64,000 nt of DNA from Candidatus Azambacteria bacterium (GCA_003455995.1 DMPO01000001.1:14945-78944), one strand, 5' to 3'; positions 37,975 through 48,131 are shown, counted from the first letter of the stretch. Made by a program: numbers and translations. Notes: a model not told the origin generated them from the letters alone.

Positions 37975-39705
37975 ATGTTAAAACAAAGAATTGCGCCGCC
38001 CGCAGTGGCGGCGCCGACAAAACCCCATGCTAATAAAGAAAAATTAAGGATTATTCCTCTGGGAGGACAGGAAGAAGTGGGCCGCAATATGACCGTTTTT
38101 GAGTATGGAGAGAATATTGTGATTCTTGATATGGGGCTCCAATTTCCGGAAGAAGACATGCCCGGAATCGACTACATTATTCCCGACACTCATTATCTAA
38201 AAGGAAAAGAGAAAAATATTAAGGCGGTAATTTTAAGCCACGGCCACCTTGATCATATTGGCGCCGCCCCCCATATTTTACCGCTTCTCAATTGGCCTCC
38301 GGTCTTTGCAGGCAAACTTACGTTGAATCTTTTAAAAAGACGACTGGAAGAATCTAATTTGCTTAAATATTTAAAGGCAAAAGAAATTCAATCGACCGAC
38401 GAAACATTAATTTTCGGACAAATGAAGATCGGATTTTTTGAGGTCACTCATAGTATAATGGATGCCTTGGGCATTATTATCCAAACTCCTGTCGCCAATG
38501 TTTTAGATCTTGGCGACTGGCGATATGATCTTGATCCGGTAAGCGGATCTAAAACGGATTTTTCCCATCTTGCCAAATGGAATACCGAAACCATCCCCTC
38601 TATTCTTATGATGGAAAGTTTAGGCGCTACAAAAGAGGGCTCTCAACTTTCAGAACGGGAAGTCTTAAACAATATGCGCAATATTATCGTCAAAGCTCCG
38701 GGCCGCATAATCGTGGGCACTTTTTCATCTATGATTGAAAGAGTGGGGCAACTTATCAGCATTGCCGAGGAACTCGGAAAAAAGGTGGCGCTCGACGGTT
38801 ATTCAATGAAAACTAATATGGAAATAGCCAAAGAAATCGGCTATCTTAAATTTAACCCTTCCACTCTTATTGATGTTAAAAATATCCATGACTATCCAAA
38901 ACAAAAAATTATGGTTATATGTACCGGCGCGCAGGGCGAAGATCGCGCAGTATTGATGCGGATCGCCAATGGCGAACACAAATCGGTAAAAATTGAAAAA
39001 TCCGATACGATTATTTTCGATTCTTCTATTATTCCGGGCAACGAGCGCACCATTCAACGGCTTAAAGATACGCTCTATCGCCAAGGCGCCGATGTAATTC
39101 ATAAAGAAATCATGGAAGTGCATAGCGGAGGTCATGCGTTTATTGAAGATATCAAACTTCTAATCAATCAGGTGAAACCCCGCTATTTATTGCCGATTTA
39201 TGCCAATCATTATTTACTGCGAGAAGCGGCTAAAGTAGCCGAGACAATTAGCTTTCCTAAAGAAAATATTTTTGTTCTTGATAATGGCAATGTCGCGGAA
39301 TTGGACGGACAAAATTTAAAAGTACTAAAGGAAAAAATTCCAATTGATTATGTTTTTGTTGACGGTTTGGGCGTGGGTGACATCGGAGAAGTGGTTTTGC
39401 GCGACCGGCAATTAATGTCAGCCGATGGGATGTTTGTTATTATCGCCGTTGTTGACAGCCAGACCGGAAAAGTTAAAGGCGAACCGGATGTTATTTCGCG
39501 CGGATTCATCTATATGAAAGAGTCCAAGGACTTATTGCGGCAAACCCGCAAAAAAATAAAAGAAACTATCGCCAAAAGCGCCATTCCCAACTCCGAGATC
39601 AATTGGGTTTATATCAGAAATAACCTGCGGGATAATATCGGCAAGTTTTTGTACACAAAAACTCGCCGCCGCCCGATGATATTGCCTGTTATCGTAGAAA
39701 TATAA
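37975..39705 (+). CDS. rnj: Ribonuclease J
   Basis: IPLGG..EVGRNM, HGHLDHIG, VHSGGHA, RRPMILP. Confidence 0.96.
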   Translation: MLKQRIAPPAVAAPTKPHANKEKLRIIPLGGQEEVGRNMTVFEYGENIVILDMGLQFPEEDMPGIDYIIPDTHYLKGKEKNIKAVILSHGHLDHIGAAPHILPLLNWPPVFAGKLTLNLLKRRLEESNLLKYLKAKEIQSTDETLIFGQMKIGFFEVTHSIMDALGIIIQTPVANVLDLGDWRYDLDPVSGSKTDFSHLAKWNTETIPSILMMESLGATKEGSQLSEREVLNNMRNIIVKAPGRIIVGTFSSMIERVGQLISIAEELGKKVALDGYSMKTNMEIAKEIGYLKFNPSTLIDVKNIHDYPKQKIMVICTGAQGEDRAVLMRIANGEHKSVKIEKSDTIIFDSSIIPGNERTIQRLKDTLYRQGADVIHKEIMEVHSGGHAFIEDIKLLINQVKPRYLLPIYANHYLLREAAKVAETISFPKENIFVLDNGNVAELDGQNLKVLKEKIPIDYVFVDGLGVGDIGEVVLRDRQLMSADGMFVIIAVVDSQTGKVKGEPDVISRGFIYMKESKDLLRQTRKKIKETIAKSAIPNSEINWVYIRNNLRDNIGKFLYTKTRRRPMILPVIVEI

Positions 39706-39717
39706 TAAAATAAAATC

Positions 39718-40704
39718 ATGAGAATACTATCCGGGATACAGCCATCGGGAGAACTCCATATAGGCAACTATTTGGGAGCGATAAAAAATTGGATCAAACT
39801 GCAAAACGAAAAAAATGAGTGTTGGTTTTTTGTTGCCGATTACCACTCTCTGACCGAGAACTACAACCCCAAAGAGAAATCGAAGGAAATTTTAAATTTG
39901 GCAACCGATTTATTGGCGCTGGGTTTAGACCCCAAAAAATCCACAATTTTTCAGCAATCGCAAATTGAAAGCCACGCGAATTTGGCCTGGATTTTTAATA
40001 CATTGGTCAGAATGTCCGAACTGGAACGAATGACCCAATATAAAGACAAGGCGTCAATTCAAAAAGAAAATGTCAACATCGGGCTTTTCGGCTATCCGAT
40101 TTTGATGGCGGCGGATATTTTGATTTACAAAGCCGACGCCGTGCCCGTTGGCGAAGACCAAATCCAGCATTTGGAATTGACCCGCGATATCGCCCATCGT
40201 TTCAACGAAAAATTCGGCCAGACATTTCCCGAACCGAAATCGCTTTTGACCGAAACGCCGCGAATTATGAGTTTGCTGGATCCGACCAAAAAAATGTCTA
40301 AATCGGGCGGAGAAAAATCGTATATCGCGCTTACCGATTTTCCGGAAATTATTCAAGAAAAAATAAAATCCGCGGTCAGCGATACCGGAGGCGGCAAAGA
40401 TAAAAGAGGCGGAGAGAATTTGTTGGAAATTTTTAACGCCTTCGCGGAAACAAAAAACGGGCAATCGGAATATTCAAACTATAAAAGATACCATGAAGAA
40501 GGAACGCTGAAATACGCCGAATTCAAGCCGGCGCTCGCCGAACTAATCTCTAATTATTTCGCCGACTATCGCGCCAAACGCGCCGAACTTTTAGAAAATC
40601 CCGACTTTGTCAAAAATGTCTTAACCGAAGGCAATAAAAAGACCTCTGCCATAGCGGAGGCAACCCTTCAAGAAGTTAAGCAAAAACTCGGCTTGATTAT
40701 TTAG
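39718..40704 (+). CDS. trpS: Tryptophanyl-tRNA synthetase
   Basis: SGIQPSG.LHIGNY, YPILMAADIL, VPVGEDQ, KMSKS. Confidence 0.97.
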   Translation: MRILSGIQPSGELHIGNYLGAIKNWIKLQNEKNECWFFVADYHSLTENYNPKEKSKEILNLATDLLALGLDPKKSTIFQQSQIESHANLAWIFNTLVRMSELERMTQYKDKASIQKENVNIGLFGYPILMAADILIYKADAVPVGEDQIQHLELTRDIAHRFNEKFGQTFPEPKSLLTETPRIMSLLDPTKKMSKSGGEKSYIALTDFPEIIQEKIKSAVSDTGGGKDKRGGENLLEIFNAFAETKNGQSEYSNYKRYHEEGTLKYAEFKPALAELISNYFADYRAKRAELLENPDFVKNVLTEGNKKTSAIAEATLQEVKQKLGLII

Positions 40705-40723
40705 TGTTTAAATATTTTTTTAT

Positions 40724-40757
40724 TTACACTATCCCAACGATCGCATTTATAGTATAA
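40724..40757. repeat. Degenerate orphan copy of the PaaX-flanking palindrome
   Basis: TTACACTATCCCAACGATCGCATTTATAGTATAA aligns without gaps to 17236-17269. Confidence 0.7.
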
Positions 40758-40760
40758 ATT

Positions 40761-42011
40761 TTATTTATTTTTTATCAGATTAACTAAATTATCTTTTACT
40801 CGGTTCAAAACCATTTCATTGGTGGCCTCTATATTGAGGCGGAGCAATGGTTCGGTGTTTGAAGAACGCAGGTTCAGCCAGAAATCCGGAGTTTTAACGG
40901 TTAATCCATCCAACCAATCAATATCATAGCCCTCAAAATTTTTAGCGACTTTTTTTATCACTTCTTCCGGATTATCAACGGGGAAATTCATCTCCGGAAT
41001 GGAAATATATTTATTAAATTCCGATGTCAAAACCGATAAATTTTTATTTTCGTTACTTAAGATATCAAGCATTGTTAGAAAGCTAATAATTCCCGAATCG
41101 GCGTAAAAGTTTTTTTTGAAATAATAATGACCCGAGGCCTCAATGCCAAAAAGCCCGCCCACTTCTTTCAGTCGCCTTTCAATGAAGGAATGCCCCGCCC
41201 TTTCACGGATTCCTTCGCCGCCGCAGGCGGCGATGGTGTCGGAAACAATTTTACCCGTCGTCGCGCTGTAAATAATTTTTCCGTTATGATTTTTCTTTAA
41301 AAAATATTTTGCCATCAGCGCGCCAATAATTGATGGATTTATTGCCACCCCCCTTTCGTCCGTAAAATTGATTCGATCGCCGTCGCTGTCAAAAGCGCAG
41401 CCAAAAGCATAATTTTCGGCGTTTATTTCCACCGGCAGTTTTTCAAGAACCGATTTGAAAATTTTTCCGACGGCATCCGATTTCATATCAACAGCAATTT
41501 TCATCGGTCTTATTTTTTCCATATCAACGGCTCCCAAAACATGTTTGACATATTCATCCTTTATATCTTCCACGATGATTTTTCCTTTTTCTCGCGAAAC
41601 GCCCGACTTTTCTTCATTGATTATTATTTCCAGATCTTTGGCGGGAAAAAAATCAACGGCGCTTTTCATTAATTTGAAACCGTTCCACTCATTTGAATTG
41701 TGAGAGGCCGTAATCATAACGGCGGGAAGATTAAAATGCCCCGAAGCGAAATAAACCATATCAACCGTGGCAAGGCCGATGTCCAAAATATTAATTCCCT
41801 CGCTTACCGCCCCTTCTATAAACGATTCTTTTAAAATTGGCGAAGAAGCTCGTGAATCGTGTCCGACAACCATTTTTGAAGACGCGATATTATTTTCTTT
41901 CAAATACACGGCAAAAGCGCGCCCGATTTCATGGGCAGTTTCTTCATTTAGATCGCTCGGATAAATCCCGCGAATATCGTAAGCCCTAAAAATTGACGGA
42001 TTGATAAACAT
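40761..42011 (-). CDS. Phosphomannomutase/phosphoglucomutase
   Basis: FRAYDIRG, TASHN, FDSDGDR, E.SGH, RSSNTEP. Confidence 0.92.
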   Translation of the reverse strand: MFINPSIFRAYDIRGIYPSDLNEETAHEIGRAFAVYLKENNIASSKMVVGHDSRASSPILKESFIEGAVSEGINILDIGLATVDMVYFASGHFNLPAVMITASHNSNEWNGFKLMKSAVDFFPAKDLEIIINEEKSGVSREKGKIIVEDIKDEYVKHVLGAVDMEKIRPMKIAVDMKSDAVGKIFKSVLEKLPVEINAENYAFGCAFDSDGDRINFTDERGVAINPSIIGALMAKYFLKKNHNGKIIYSATTGKIVSDTIAACGGEGIRERAGHSFIERRLKEVGGLFGIEASGHYYFKKNFYADSGIISFLTMLDILSNENKNLSVLTSEFNKYISIPEMNFPVDNPEEVIKKVAKNFEGYDIDWLDGLTVKTPDFWLNLRSSNTEPLLRLNIEATNEMVLNRVKDNLVNLIKNK

Positions 42012-42040
42012 GAACTTACTATTAAGTATAACACATTTTC

Positions 42041-42109
42041 ATGTCTCTTAAGATAGGTATAGTTGGGATACAATCAGACATGATACCAGTGGCTCAAGCG
42101 TTAAATTAA
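42041..42109 (+). pseudogene. ychF: Stranded native 5' end of ychF (MSLKIGIVG) fused to island DNA
   Basis: ATG TCT CTT AAG ATA GGT ATA GTT GG joins in frame to LPNVGKS after 60797. Confidence 0.85.
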
Positions 42110-42255
42110 TACCTTTTGTTTTCATTATAAAACTACCGCCCCCGATGCAGAGAGGAGTAGATTATGGCTTTAGACCGGCTAAAATGGCCCCTACAAGCCC
42201 GCTTCAAGCTTCTGCCTGATGAATGACATTAGAATAAATGCGTTATAATATTTTT

Positions 42256-42702
42256 ATGCGCACACCAGAAGAAATTGATTATGAACTATTAGATAAGTGC
42301 CTCATTTCCGAGGATGCGAGAGCCCCCTTATCAAGGGCTTTGTCTTATTTGCCAAATGTTGTCATTGATTTTGTGATTGAAAATTGTGTTTTTATTTCTC
42401 CGGGTAAGGATGACAGAGGAATATATATAGCAACTGGTGATTTTCGTCTTAAACAAAAACAGTGCTTAATTATCTTGCCTAACATGCTTTGGTCCAAAAA
42501 CAGAAAAACCATAGCATTTGTTGTTGCCCATGAGGTCGCACACGCATATAAAAAACATGGATTTAAAAGCTTCGAAGACTCGGATCTTGTTCTTAATGGC
42601 AAAAGGGAAAGGGACGCCGACAAGCAGGCCATTCTATGGTTGCGCCCTCATTTTACGGGGTCATTCAAAGAATGTATGTATAAGAGTTGGCAACTATCGT
42701 AG
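42256..42702 (+). CDS. HExxH metallopeptidase (ImmA/IrrE- or M48-like)
   Basis: FVVAHEVAHA...ERDAD motif. Confidence 0.7.
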   Translation: MRTPEEIDYELLDKCLISEDARAPLSRALSYLPNVVIDFVIENCVFISPGKDDRGIYIATGDFRLKQKQCLIILPNMLWSKNRKTIAFVVAHEVAHAYKKHGFKSFEDSDLVLNGKRERDADKQAILWLRPHFTGSFKECMYKSWQLS

Positions 42703-42720
42703 ACAAAGAAAAAATATTAT

Positions 42721-43362
42721 TTATTCAAGCGCAAACTCCTCCTTATCAGCATTCCACACATAATGATATATATGTGATGATTCCGAGCAATCCTTATCAC
42801 TCCCGTCTTTTGCGACGGAACAAATTTTCTCGGTGGTTTTAATATCCACCGCTGAATCATCCGGGTAACCCTCATTCATTATGTCTGTTCTCCCATATTC
42901 GTTTTTACCACTCTCACCGGGCACCCCAAGAGTTCGTGATTGATAAGACATTACCATTTTCATTTCTCCTGACCTTCCCAAGACATACCATTCGTCATTA
43001 TCAATTTGCATTCCAGTCCCCCAAGTTACCATTTTTGTAACAACAAGCCAGTCGTGTTTGCTACCCTTAATAATACGATAATCGGGTGTCCCACGAGCTG
43101 GATTTGTGATTGAAAGCGTAGTTACAATTTCGCCTGTTTTATTATCTAGAAAAATAAAATTCCTACTATTAAAGTATTCATTTGTAAGAATTTTTAGTTC
43201 CCATTCGTCAAAACTTGGCATCAGCCTCGCTATTTCGAACTCTTCTATTTCCAGTTTTACTGTTGTAGACGCCGGCATGGGTTGATGCGTAGAATACCAA
43301 AAATAAAAGAACCCCACGAAAAAGATGGCCATTATAGAGATGTAAAGTATTTTATTTTTCAT
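42721..43362 (-). CDS. Hypothetical membrane-anchored exported protein
   Basis: N-terminal TM followed by a soluble domain. Confidence 0.65.
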   Translation of the reverse strand: MKNKILYISIMAIFFVGFFYFWYSTHQPMPASTTVKLEIEEFEIARLMPSFDEWELKILTNEYFNSRNFIFLDNKTGEIVTTLSITNPARGTPDYRIIKGSKHDWLVVTKMVTWGTGMQIDNDEWYVLGRSGEMKMVMSYQSRTLGVPGESGKNEYGRTDIMNEGYPDDSAVDIKTTEKICSVAKDGSDKDCSESSHIYHYVWNADKEEFALE

Positions 43363-43399
43363 AGTTTAATTTACTTATCACAACTCTTTAATTTTTGTT

Positions 43400-44722
43400 T
43401 TATTGCAAAACTCCCCACCTTAATATTCTCCCTATACTCTCTATTTCACCTACCATAGAGGAGGTCGGTATACCAAAATAACAATCGCTTTTTGTAAGTA
43501 TCGCAGCTCCACCAGAATTACCGTGATCGATTTTTGCATCTGTAAGGTAATAATTCCCATCTATGCCCGAAATAATTCCTTTGGTAGCCGTAATGCTTCT
43601 CTGAGAGCCAATAGCGGGGTAACCTAAAACCAAGATATCATCTCCAATACCAACATCACTTAAGTCGCATATTTTAGGATTTTTAGGTGTGAATTTAGAA
43701 AAGAAGGGGTCTTCCGAAAGCAATGTAATCCACCCTATGTCTTGCGAATATTCTTTGGTAGCAAAATGTATATTTTCTCTCTCAACTATAAAGTCTTTTC
43801 CTGCAGAAAGAAACAAGATTCCACAATATGTGGGACGATATTCTTCTTCATCAGCCAAGACATGTTTATTTGTTAAAATGTTAAAACCGATTGTATCGAA
43901 ATTAAACAATGTTCCCGATCCCATGACCGTTCTGTAAAGTTGTCCTGTATCAGCATTTTTCCAAAAACATCTAACAAAAACTACTCTAGGGCTCCATTCT
44001 GCGATTATTTGAGCCGTTGTAGGGTCTTTTTTAATAGGTGGTGGGGTTTCCAAACTTTCTATCTGACTTTTAAAAGCATCTATTTCGTCTTGCTGATTAT
44101 TTTTTGATACTGGTGTTGGCGGAGAATCGCAATAAGCATCACTTTTACCATTTGTGGGGCATATAAGCGACTGCCCTGTTTCACACTTTTTCCAATAGTA
44201 GCCATTACAAAAAATATCGCTTAAATCTAAACCCGTACCTTTTGTTGCGAATTTTTGCGTAGTTGGCGTTGTTGGTGGAATATAATTCGGGACATTTATT
44301 ATAAAAGTGATTATCGAGGCAATTAAAAATGCAATTGCCCAAGTTATTTTTTGTTGTTTTTCACTCTTTTCCTTTCTGATTATTGAAAAGATATATGCGA
44401 CAAGCCTTGATATTGTTAATCCTCCTATTGCCATTCCTAATAAACCAAAAAATGGAATCTTGCTGGAGCCAAAAAACAAAATAATATAGATCAATAATCC
44501 TATGCCCATTAAAAACCAAAAAGTTTTTGAGCCATAACCTTTTTCTTTTTGCGTCTCTACAATTTTTTGCTTTAATGTTTCTAAATCTATGCGATAAAAA
44601 GTTTTCCTTATTATTGGCGGTACTGAAGTAGGCGTTGTCGAAAAAGCCACAATACTATGCCCACAGTTTTGACAAAATCCATCTCCTTCTTCTATTTTAC
44701 TTTCGCAATTTGAGCATTTCAT
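43400..44722 (-). CDS. Zinc-ribbon + TM + trypsin-like serine protease
   Basis: CxxC..CxxC N-terminus, three TMs, TNKHV / QDIG / GNSGG triad. Confidence 0.8.
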   Translation of the reverse strand: MKCSNCESKIEEGDGFCQNCGHSIVAFSTTPTSVPPIIRKTFYRIDLETLKQKIVETQKEKGYGSKTFWFLMGIGLLIYIILFFGSSKIPFFGLLGMAIGGLTISRLVAYIFSIIRKEKSEKQQKITWAIAFLIASIITFIINVPNYIPPTTPTTQKFATKGTGLDLSDIFCNGYYWKKCETGQSLICPTNGKSDAYCDSPPTPVSKNNQQDEIDAFKSQIESLETPPPIKKDPTTAQIIAEWSPRVVFVRCFWKNADTGQLYRTVMGSGTLFNFDTIGFNILTNKHVLADEEEYRPTYCGILFLSAGKDFIVERENIHFATKEYSQDIGWITLLSEDPFFSKFTPKNPKICDLSDVGIGDDILVLGYPAIGSQRSITATKGIISGIDGNYYLTDAKIDHGNSGGAAILTKSDCYFGIPTSSMVGEIESIGRILRWGVLQ

Positions 44723-44734
44723 AGAATCGTATTC

Positions 44735-45388
44735 TTATTCAACTTCACGAAACGGTTTCCCACATGAGGAACAAAATTTTGTATCTTTCGTGTGCCTTAC
44801 CCCACAATGCCCGCAATATTTTATATTGTCATGCTGCATAGCCGTGTTTGTTGTCTTGTCTGGTTTAGCGGTAATTTTGATATTCTGATTATAAACACCC
44901 CCCACTCCCCCAACTTCCCTTGGATCAAGCCCATATTCGTTATTACCCCTAGTTCCGTCAGTGCAAGCCAGTATTAAGTTATAAATAGGGATAAGAAGGT
45001 ACCAACCGCTTTTATTAACATCGTGCATCCGGCGCACACCAACAGCAATAAGCGGAATCACAGTAGCTAACCAGTAGATGCCGTTTAAAAAATTCCAACC
45101 ATCTTCAGAATTGATATCGGCTATCTTTCCGATAATACTTAGCGCAAGAAGAATAAGGAAATTGAAAAGAAAAAACATCCAATATTCTTTTCTTCTCGCA
45201 CGCCCATCAAACACAGCATACTTTTTAAATACTTCAAAATAATAATTCATTTTTTTAATTTGCCGTTCTTTAATTATAATTTTTTCCTCCTTAGTTTTAA
45301 TTTTTGTATCTATCGCATCAAGTAGACTGCCCTTACCAAGTAGTTGGTCACACAGTTTATCAAGCCAATCTTGTTTTTTATTTTCCAT
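44735..45388 (-). CDS. DUF805 membrane protein with C-terminal zinc ribbon (start may be 45250)
   Basis: F.GRARRKEYW, VRRMHD..KSGW, N.YG.DP, CGHCG...CSSCG. Confidence 0.85.
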   Translation of the reverse strand: MENKKQDWLDKLCDQLLGKGSLLDAIDTKIKTKEEKIIIKERQIKKMNYYFEVFKKYAVFDGRARRKEYWMFFLFNFLILLALSIIGKIADINSEDGWNFLNGIYWLATVIPLIAVGVRRMHDVNKSGWYLLIPIYNLILACTDGTRGNNEYGLDPREVGGVGGVYNQNIKITAKPDKTTNTAMQHDNIKYCGHCGVRHTKDTKFCSSCGKPFREVE

Positions 45389-45420
45389 ACTTTTTATTGA
45401 TAACCCCCCCAAATAAGTAA

Positions 45421-45521
45421 ACAAAAAGCCCGTGTCCACTAGGTCTTGCGACCCAATATTTCTTTCGAAATATTGCCCATCGAAGAGTTGTAGAACACGG
45501 GTTCTATATCTTCGATGGGTC
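45421..45521 (-). promoter_or_regulatory. Attenuator-like structured leader
   Basis: Overlapping or alternative helices, two GNRA hairpins and a U-tract upstream of the DUF805 operon. Confidence 0.55.
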
Positions 45522-45671
45522 TTTGTACCATGCCAGTATTGCTACTTGGTTTAGGCCACTTACTTATTAAATTTTATACTTATTACTATATTACAAATTT
45601 TTCTAAAAATCCAATAACAAATAAGCGGAGCTTGCTTCAGTTCTCAGTTAAGGTGTAGTGATTAAAAAAAC

Positions 45672-46391
45672 CTACGAGCCATATTTTTCTTTAATTTTCC
45701 GAATAATTTCTTTTTCATGCTCCTGGAGAGCACTTACCACCTCATCGACTGCCCGTGCCGGCTCCTTGTCGTAATTTGAATAAATAGTTGAAGAAAAATT
45801 AAGTTTTAAATAAAAGAGATCAATCGTACTTTGTATGATTTTAAACAATGTCCTGATTTGTATCCCAGTAATTTTAACATCATCTTTTTTTAAGTCATTG
45901 TGAACTAAATACTGATCTCTATATGTTTTTAAATCACTAATAAGTTCTTTGTTTCTTAGCAGTCGGTTGCGGATTCTTCTTATATCTTGAAGAGTAAATG
46001 GCTTATAACCCTCAAGAAGTGCTGGAATAAAGTTTTTTTCAATATGGTGTGCTAAAAACTCGTTTTTAGAAAATGAAGAAAAATTGTTTTCAACAAAATC
46101 TAACAATAACTCTATGGTTAATGATTGTTTTTTCTTATTTTTATCAAAAAACTTTGCTAACTCAACAAAGAAATAACAACGGGCGGCTTCTTGCAGCGGT
46201 GAAAAGAAATATGGGTACTTGCCGAATATTTTAACATTTGCATCTGCGTTCTTTTTCCCAACTACATTGGGTGCGGTAAGTTTTCTAAATCTCTCGTAAA
46301 TTCTAAGAGCAGCGAGAGTATTTAAGTATTGATCCCTCAAGTCCCCAGTCCATTTAAGCGCTTTTGCAAAGTTATTCTGATGAGAATACAT
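45672..46391 (-). CDS. HEPN-domain protein (AbiU2-like)
   Basis: Helical protein with RDQYLVH (R-x5-H) motif. Confidence 0.65.
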   Translation of the reverse strand: MYSHQNNFAKALKWTGDLRDQYLNTLAALRIYERFRKLTAPNVVGKKNADANVKIFGKYPYFFSPLQEAARCYFFVELAKFFDKNKKKQSLTIELLLDFVENNFSSFSKNEFLAHHIEKNFIPALLEGYKPFTLQDIRRIRNRLLRNKELISDLKTYRDQYLVHNDLKKDDVKITGIQIRTLFKIIQSTIDLFYLKLNFSSTIYSNYDKEPARAVDEVVSALQEHEKEIIRKIKEKYGS

Positions 46392-46459
46392 AGTTTAAAA
46401 ATTAAAGCTCCTCGAACTTTGATTCTATCTTAACTATATTCGCACCCACTTTAAGCCCG

Positions 46460-48112
46460 CTACTTTCCGGCTTGTAAATCATTGAAAATTTCTTTGAAAA
46501 TCAGGAATCGTTTGTGTAAAAAAGTATTAAATCTACTTCGTATCTTATTTAATTTCTTCTTCTTCTTTTTTCTTATTAGAAACGGACGGTCAAATTGTTC
46601 CAGGTTTTTCAAATCCTTGAAAGGCAGCAGTTCAGATTTTAAATAGTTGTTAATTTTTTCTATACTTATATTTCCATAAAATTCAATTTCAGATTTAAGC
46701 CATTTAGATGGAACTTCCTTACCTTTGCGGATATTTTGGTCCTTGTTAAGATAATGCAGATTTAATATATTATTTACCTCGCTACCAAGCACCCCCTTCT
46801 TATACAAATCAAATGGATAAAAATGGTCATCCTCCGGACTGTGTTGCTTTGTTTCTACATCTATTCGGTTGGTAGGATTGCCATCAATATAGACCGGATG
46901 CTGTTTCCATAAAGCTAATTTGACGATATTCCTTACAGAAGACCTTCCGGCTTTTATATCTGTTGTATCGAAAAATGATTTCACTATGTCAACTTTCTTT
47001 ATAGTAAGATTTGTTTCTTCTATTGCCAGTCGCTTCATTTCTATAGCATCCGGACCAATATTTCTATTATAACCAGAACCAATATATCTATTAGAAAGAG
47101 ATGCTCTCCAAAACCATTTTTTAAGTTCTGTTTGCTGTTTTGAGGTAGGCTTGTTATTAAAATAAAAGAATATACTTAACACAGTTAACAAAGTCTGAGA
47201 CGGTAGTTCACTTACTGAAATAATTCCATATTCTCCTTTTAGATACTGCATTGCATTAGATACGGCTTTGATACCATCATCGAATATCTTATTGTATTTT
47301 TTAGCATCCGCTTCCTCACGAACGGCTTGAGCAATTTTCTTCAGTGCTTTGATATCTATCTCTATAACACCTTTATCCTTTTTATTACCCATCTGCAACT
47401 GGCAAACAAGGGCGAAAACATGAATAAATGTTACCGTATTTATATCCCGAGTCAGGGATTCTCTGTTATGTCTTTTCCAAACTCTAAGCATTCTTTCAAA
47501 ATCAGTATGCTTGGTCCATGTTTCGGACAAGAAAATTGATTCCGTTGCTATCCTTGTCCCTGCTTGATTTATTCTTTCAAAAATCTCAATAGCATTTTTA
47601 TAATTATCTAAAGAAATAATAACCACCGGAAACATATAAGATCTCCCGATTAGATTAAGCAGTTTCTTAAATTTAATATCTCTAAAAACACGTTTATCAT
47701 AATCAAGAAAATATCCCTCCTCATTTTTATTAATGAAAAATTTATCAAAATCTATCAATTGGCTATAGCGAGTATCGCAAATATCATGAAAACTATCCCT
47801 AACTTGATGCTGTGAAAATACCTTTTGCCTTGCCAAATAATAAAGAGATAGAAGCCTTTGCTGACCATCTAATACAAGAAATCTTTTAGCCGGCACGTTA
47901 TCCCCATCAATGGTTCGAGCATCAATTTTTTGACCAGTTTCCCACAATACAAGGCTGCCAATAGGATATTTTTTTCTAAGACTATCGAATAGTTTCTTAA
48001 CTTGGGGAATTTTCCAAACATAACCTCGCTGAAATTCCGGAACGGCTACATGGTTTCTTTCAATAAATGAAATTAGCGTTTTTAGATTAAATTTATATAC
48101 TTTTGTAGACAT
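46460..48112 (-). CDS. GmrSD-like protein (DUF262 plus C-terminal HNH-like domain)
   Basis: PEFQRGYVW, LDGQQRL, FERIN; DHFYP...NL...N. Confidence 0.85.
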   Translation of the reverse strand: MSTKVYKFNLKTLISFIERNHVAVPEFQRGYVWKIPQVKKLFDSLRKKYPIGSLVLWETGQKIDARTIDGDNVPAKRFLVLDGQQRLLSLYYLARQKVFSQHQVRDSFHDICDTRYSQLIDFDKFFINKNEEGYFLDYDKRVFRDIKFKKLLNLIGRSYMFPVVIISLDNYKNAIEIFERINQAGTRIATESIFLSETWTKHTDFERMLRVWKRHNRESLTRDINTVTFIHVFALVCQLQMGNKKDKGVIEIDIKALKKIAQAVREEADAKKYNKIFDDGIKAVSNAMQYLKGEYGIISVSELPSQTLLTVLSIFFYFNNKPTSKQQTELKKWFWRASLSNRYIGSGYNRNIGPDAIEMKRLAIEETNLTIKKVDIVKSFFDTTDIKAGRSSVRNIVKLALWKQHPVYIDGNPTNRIDVETKQHSPEDDHFYPFDLYKKGVLGSEVNNILNLHYLNKDQNIRKGKEVPSKWLKSEIEFYGNISIEKINNYLKSELLPFKDLKNLEQFDRPFLIRKKKKKKLNKIRSRFNTFLHKRFLIFKEIFNDLQAGK

Positions 48113-48131
48113 TTTTTATCAAGCAATGATA

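Noticed and set aside
45421-45521. c-di-GMP-I riboswitch
   Set aside because: GGCAA...GAAA...GUCGCAA is superficially similar, but the stem is fully paired and the second conserved stem with its tetraloop receptor is absent.
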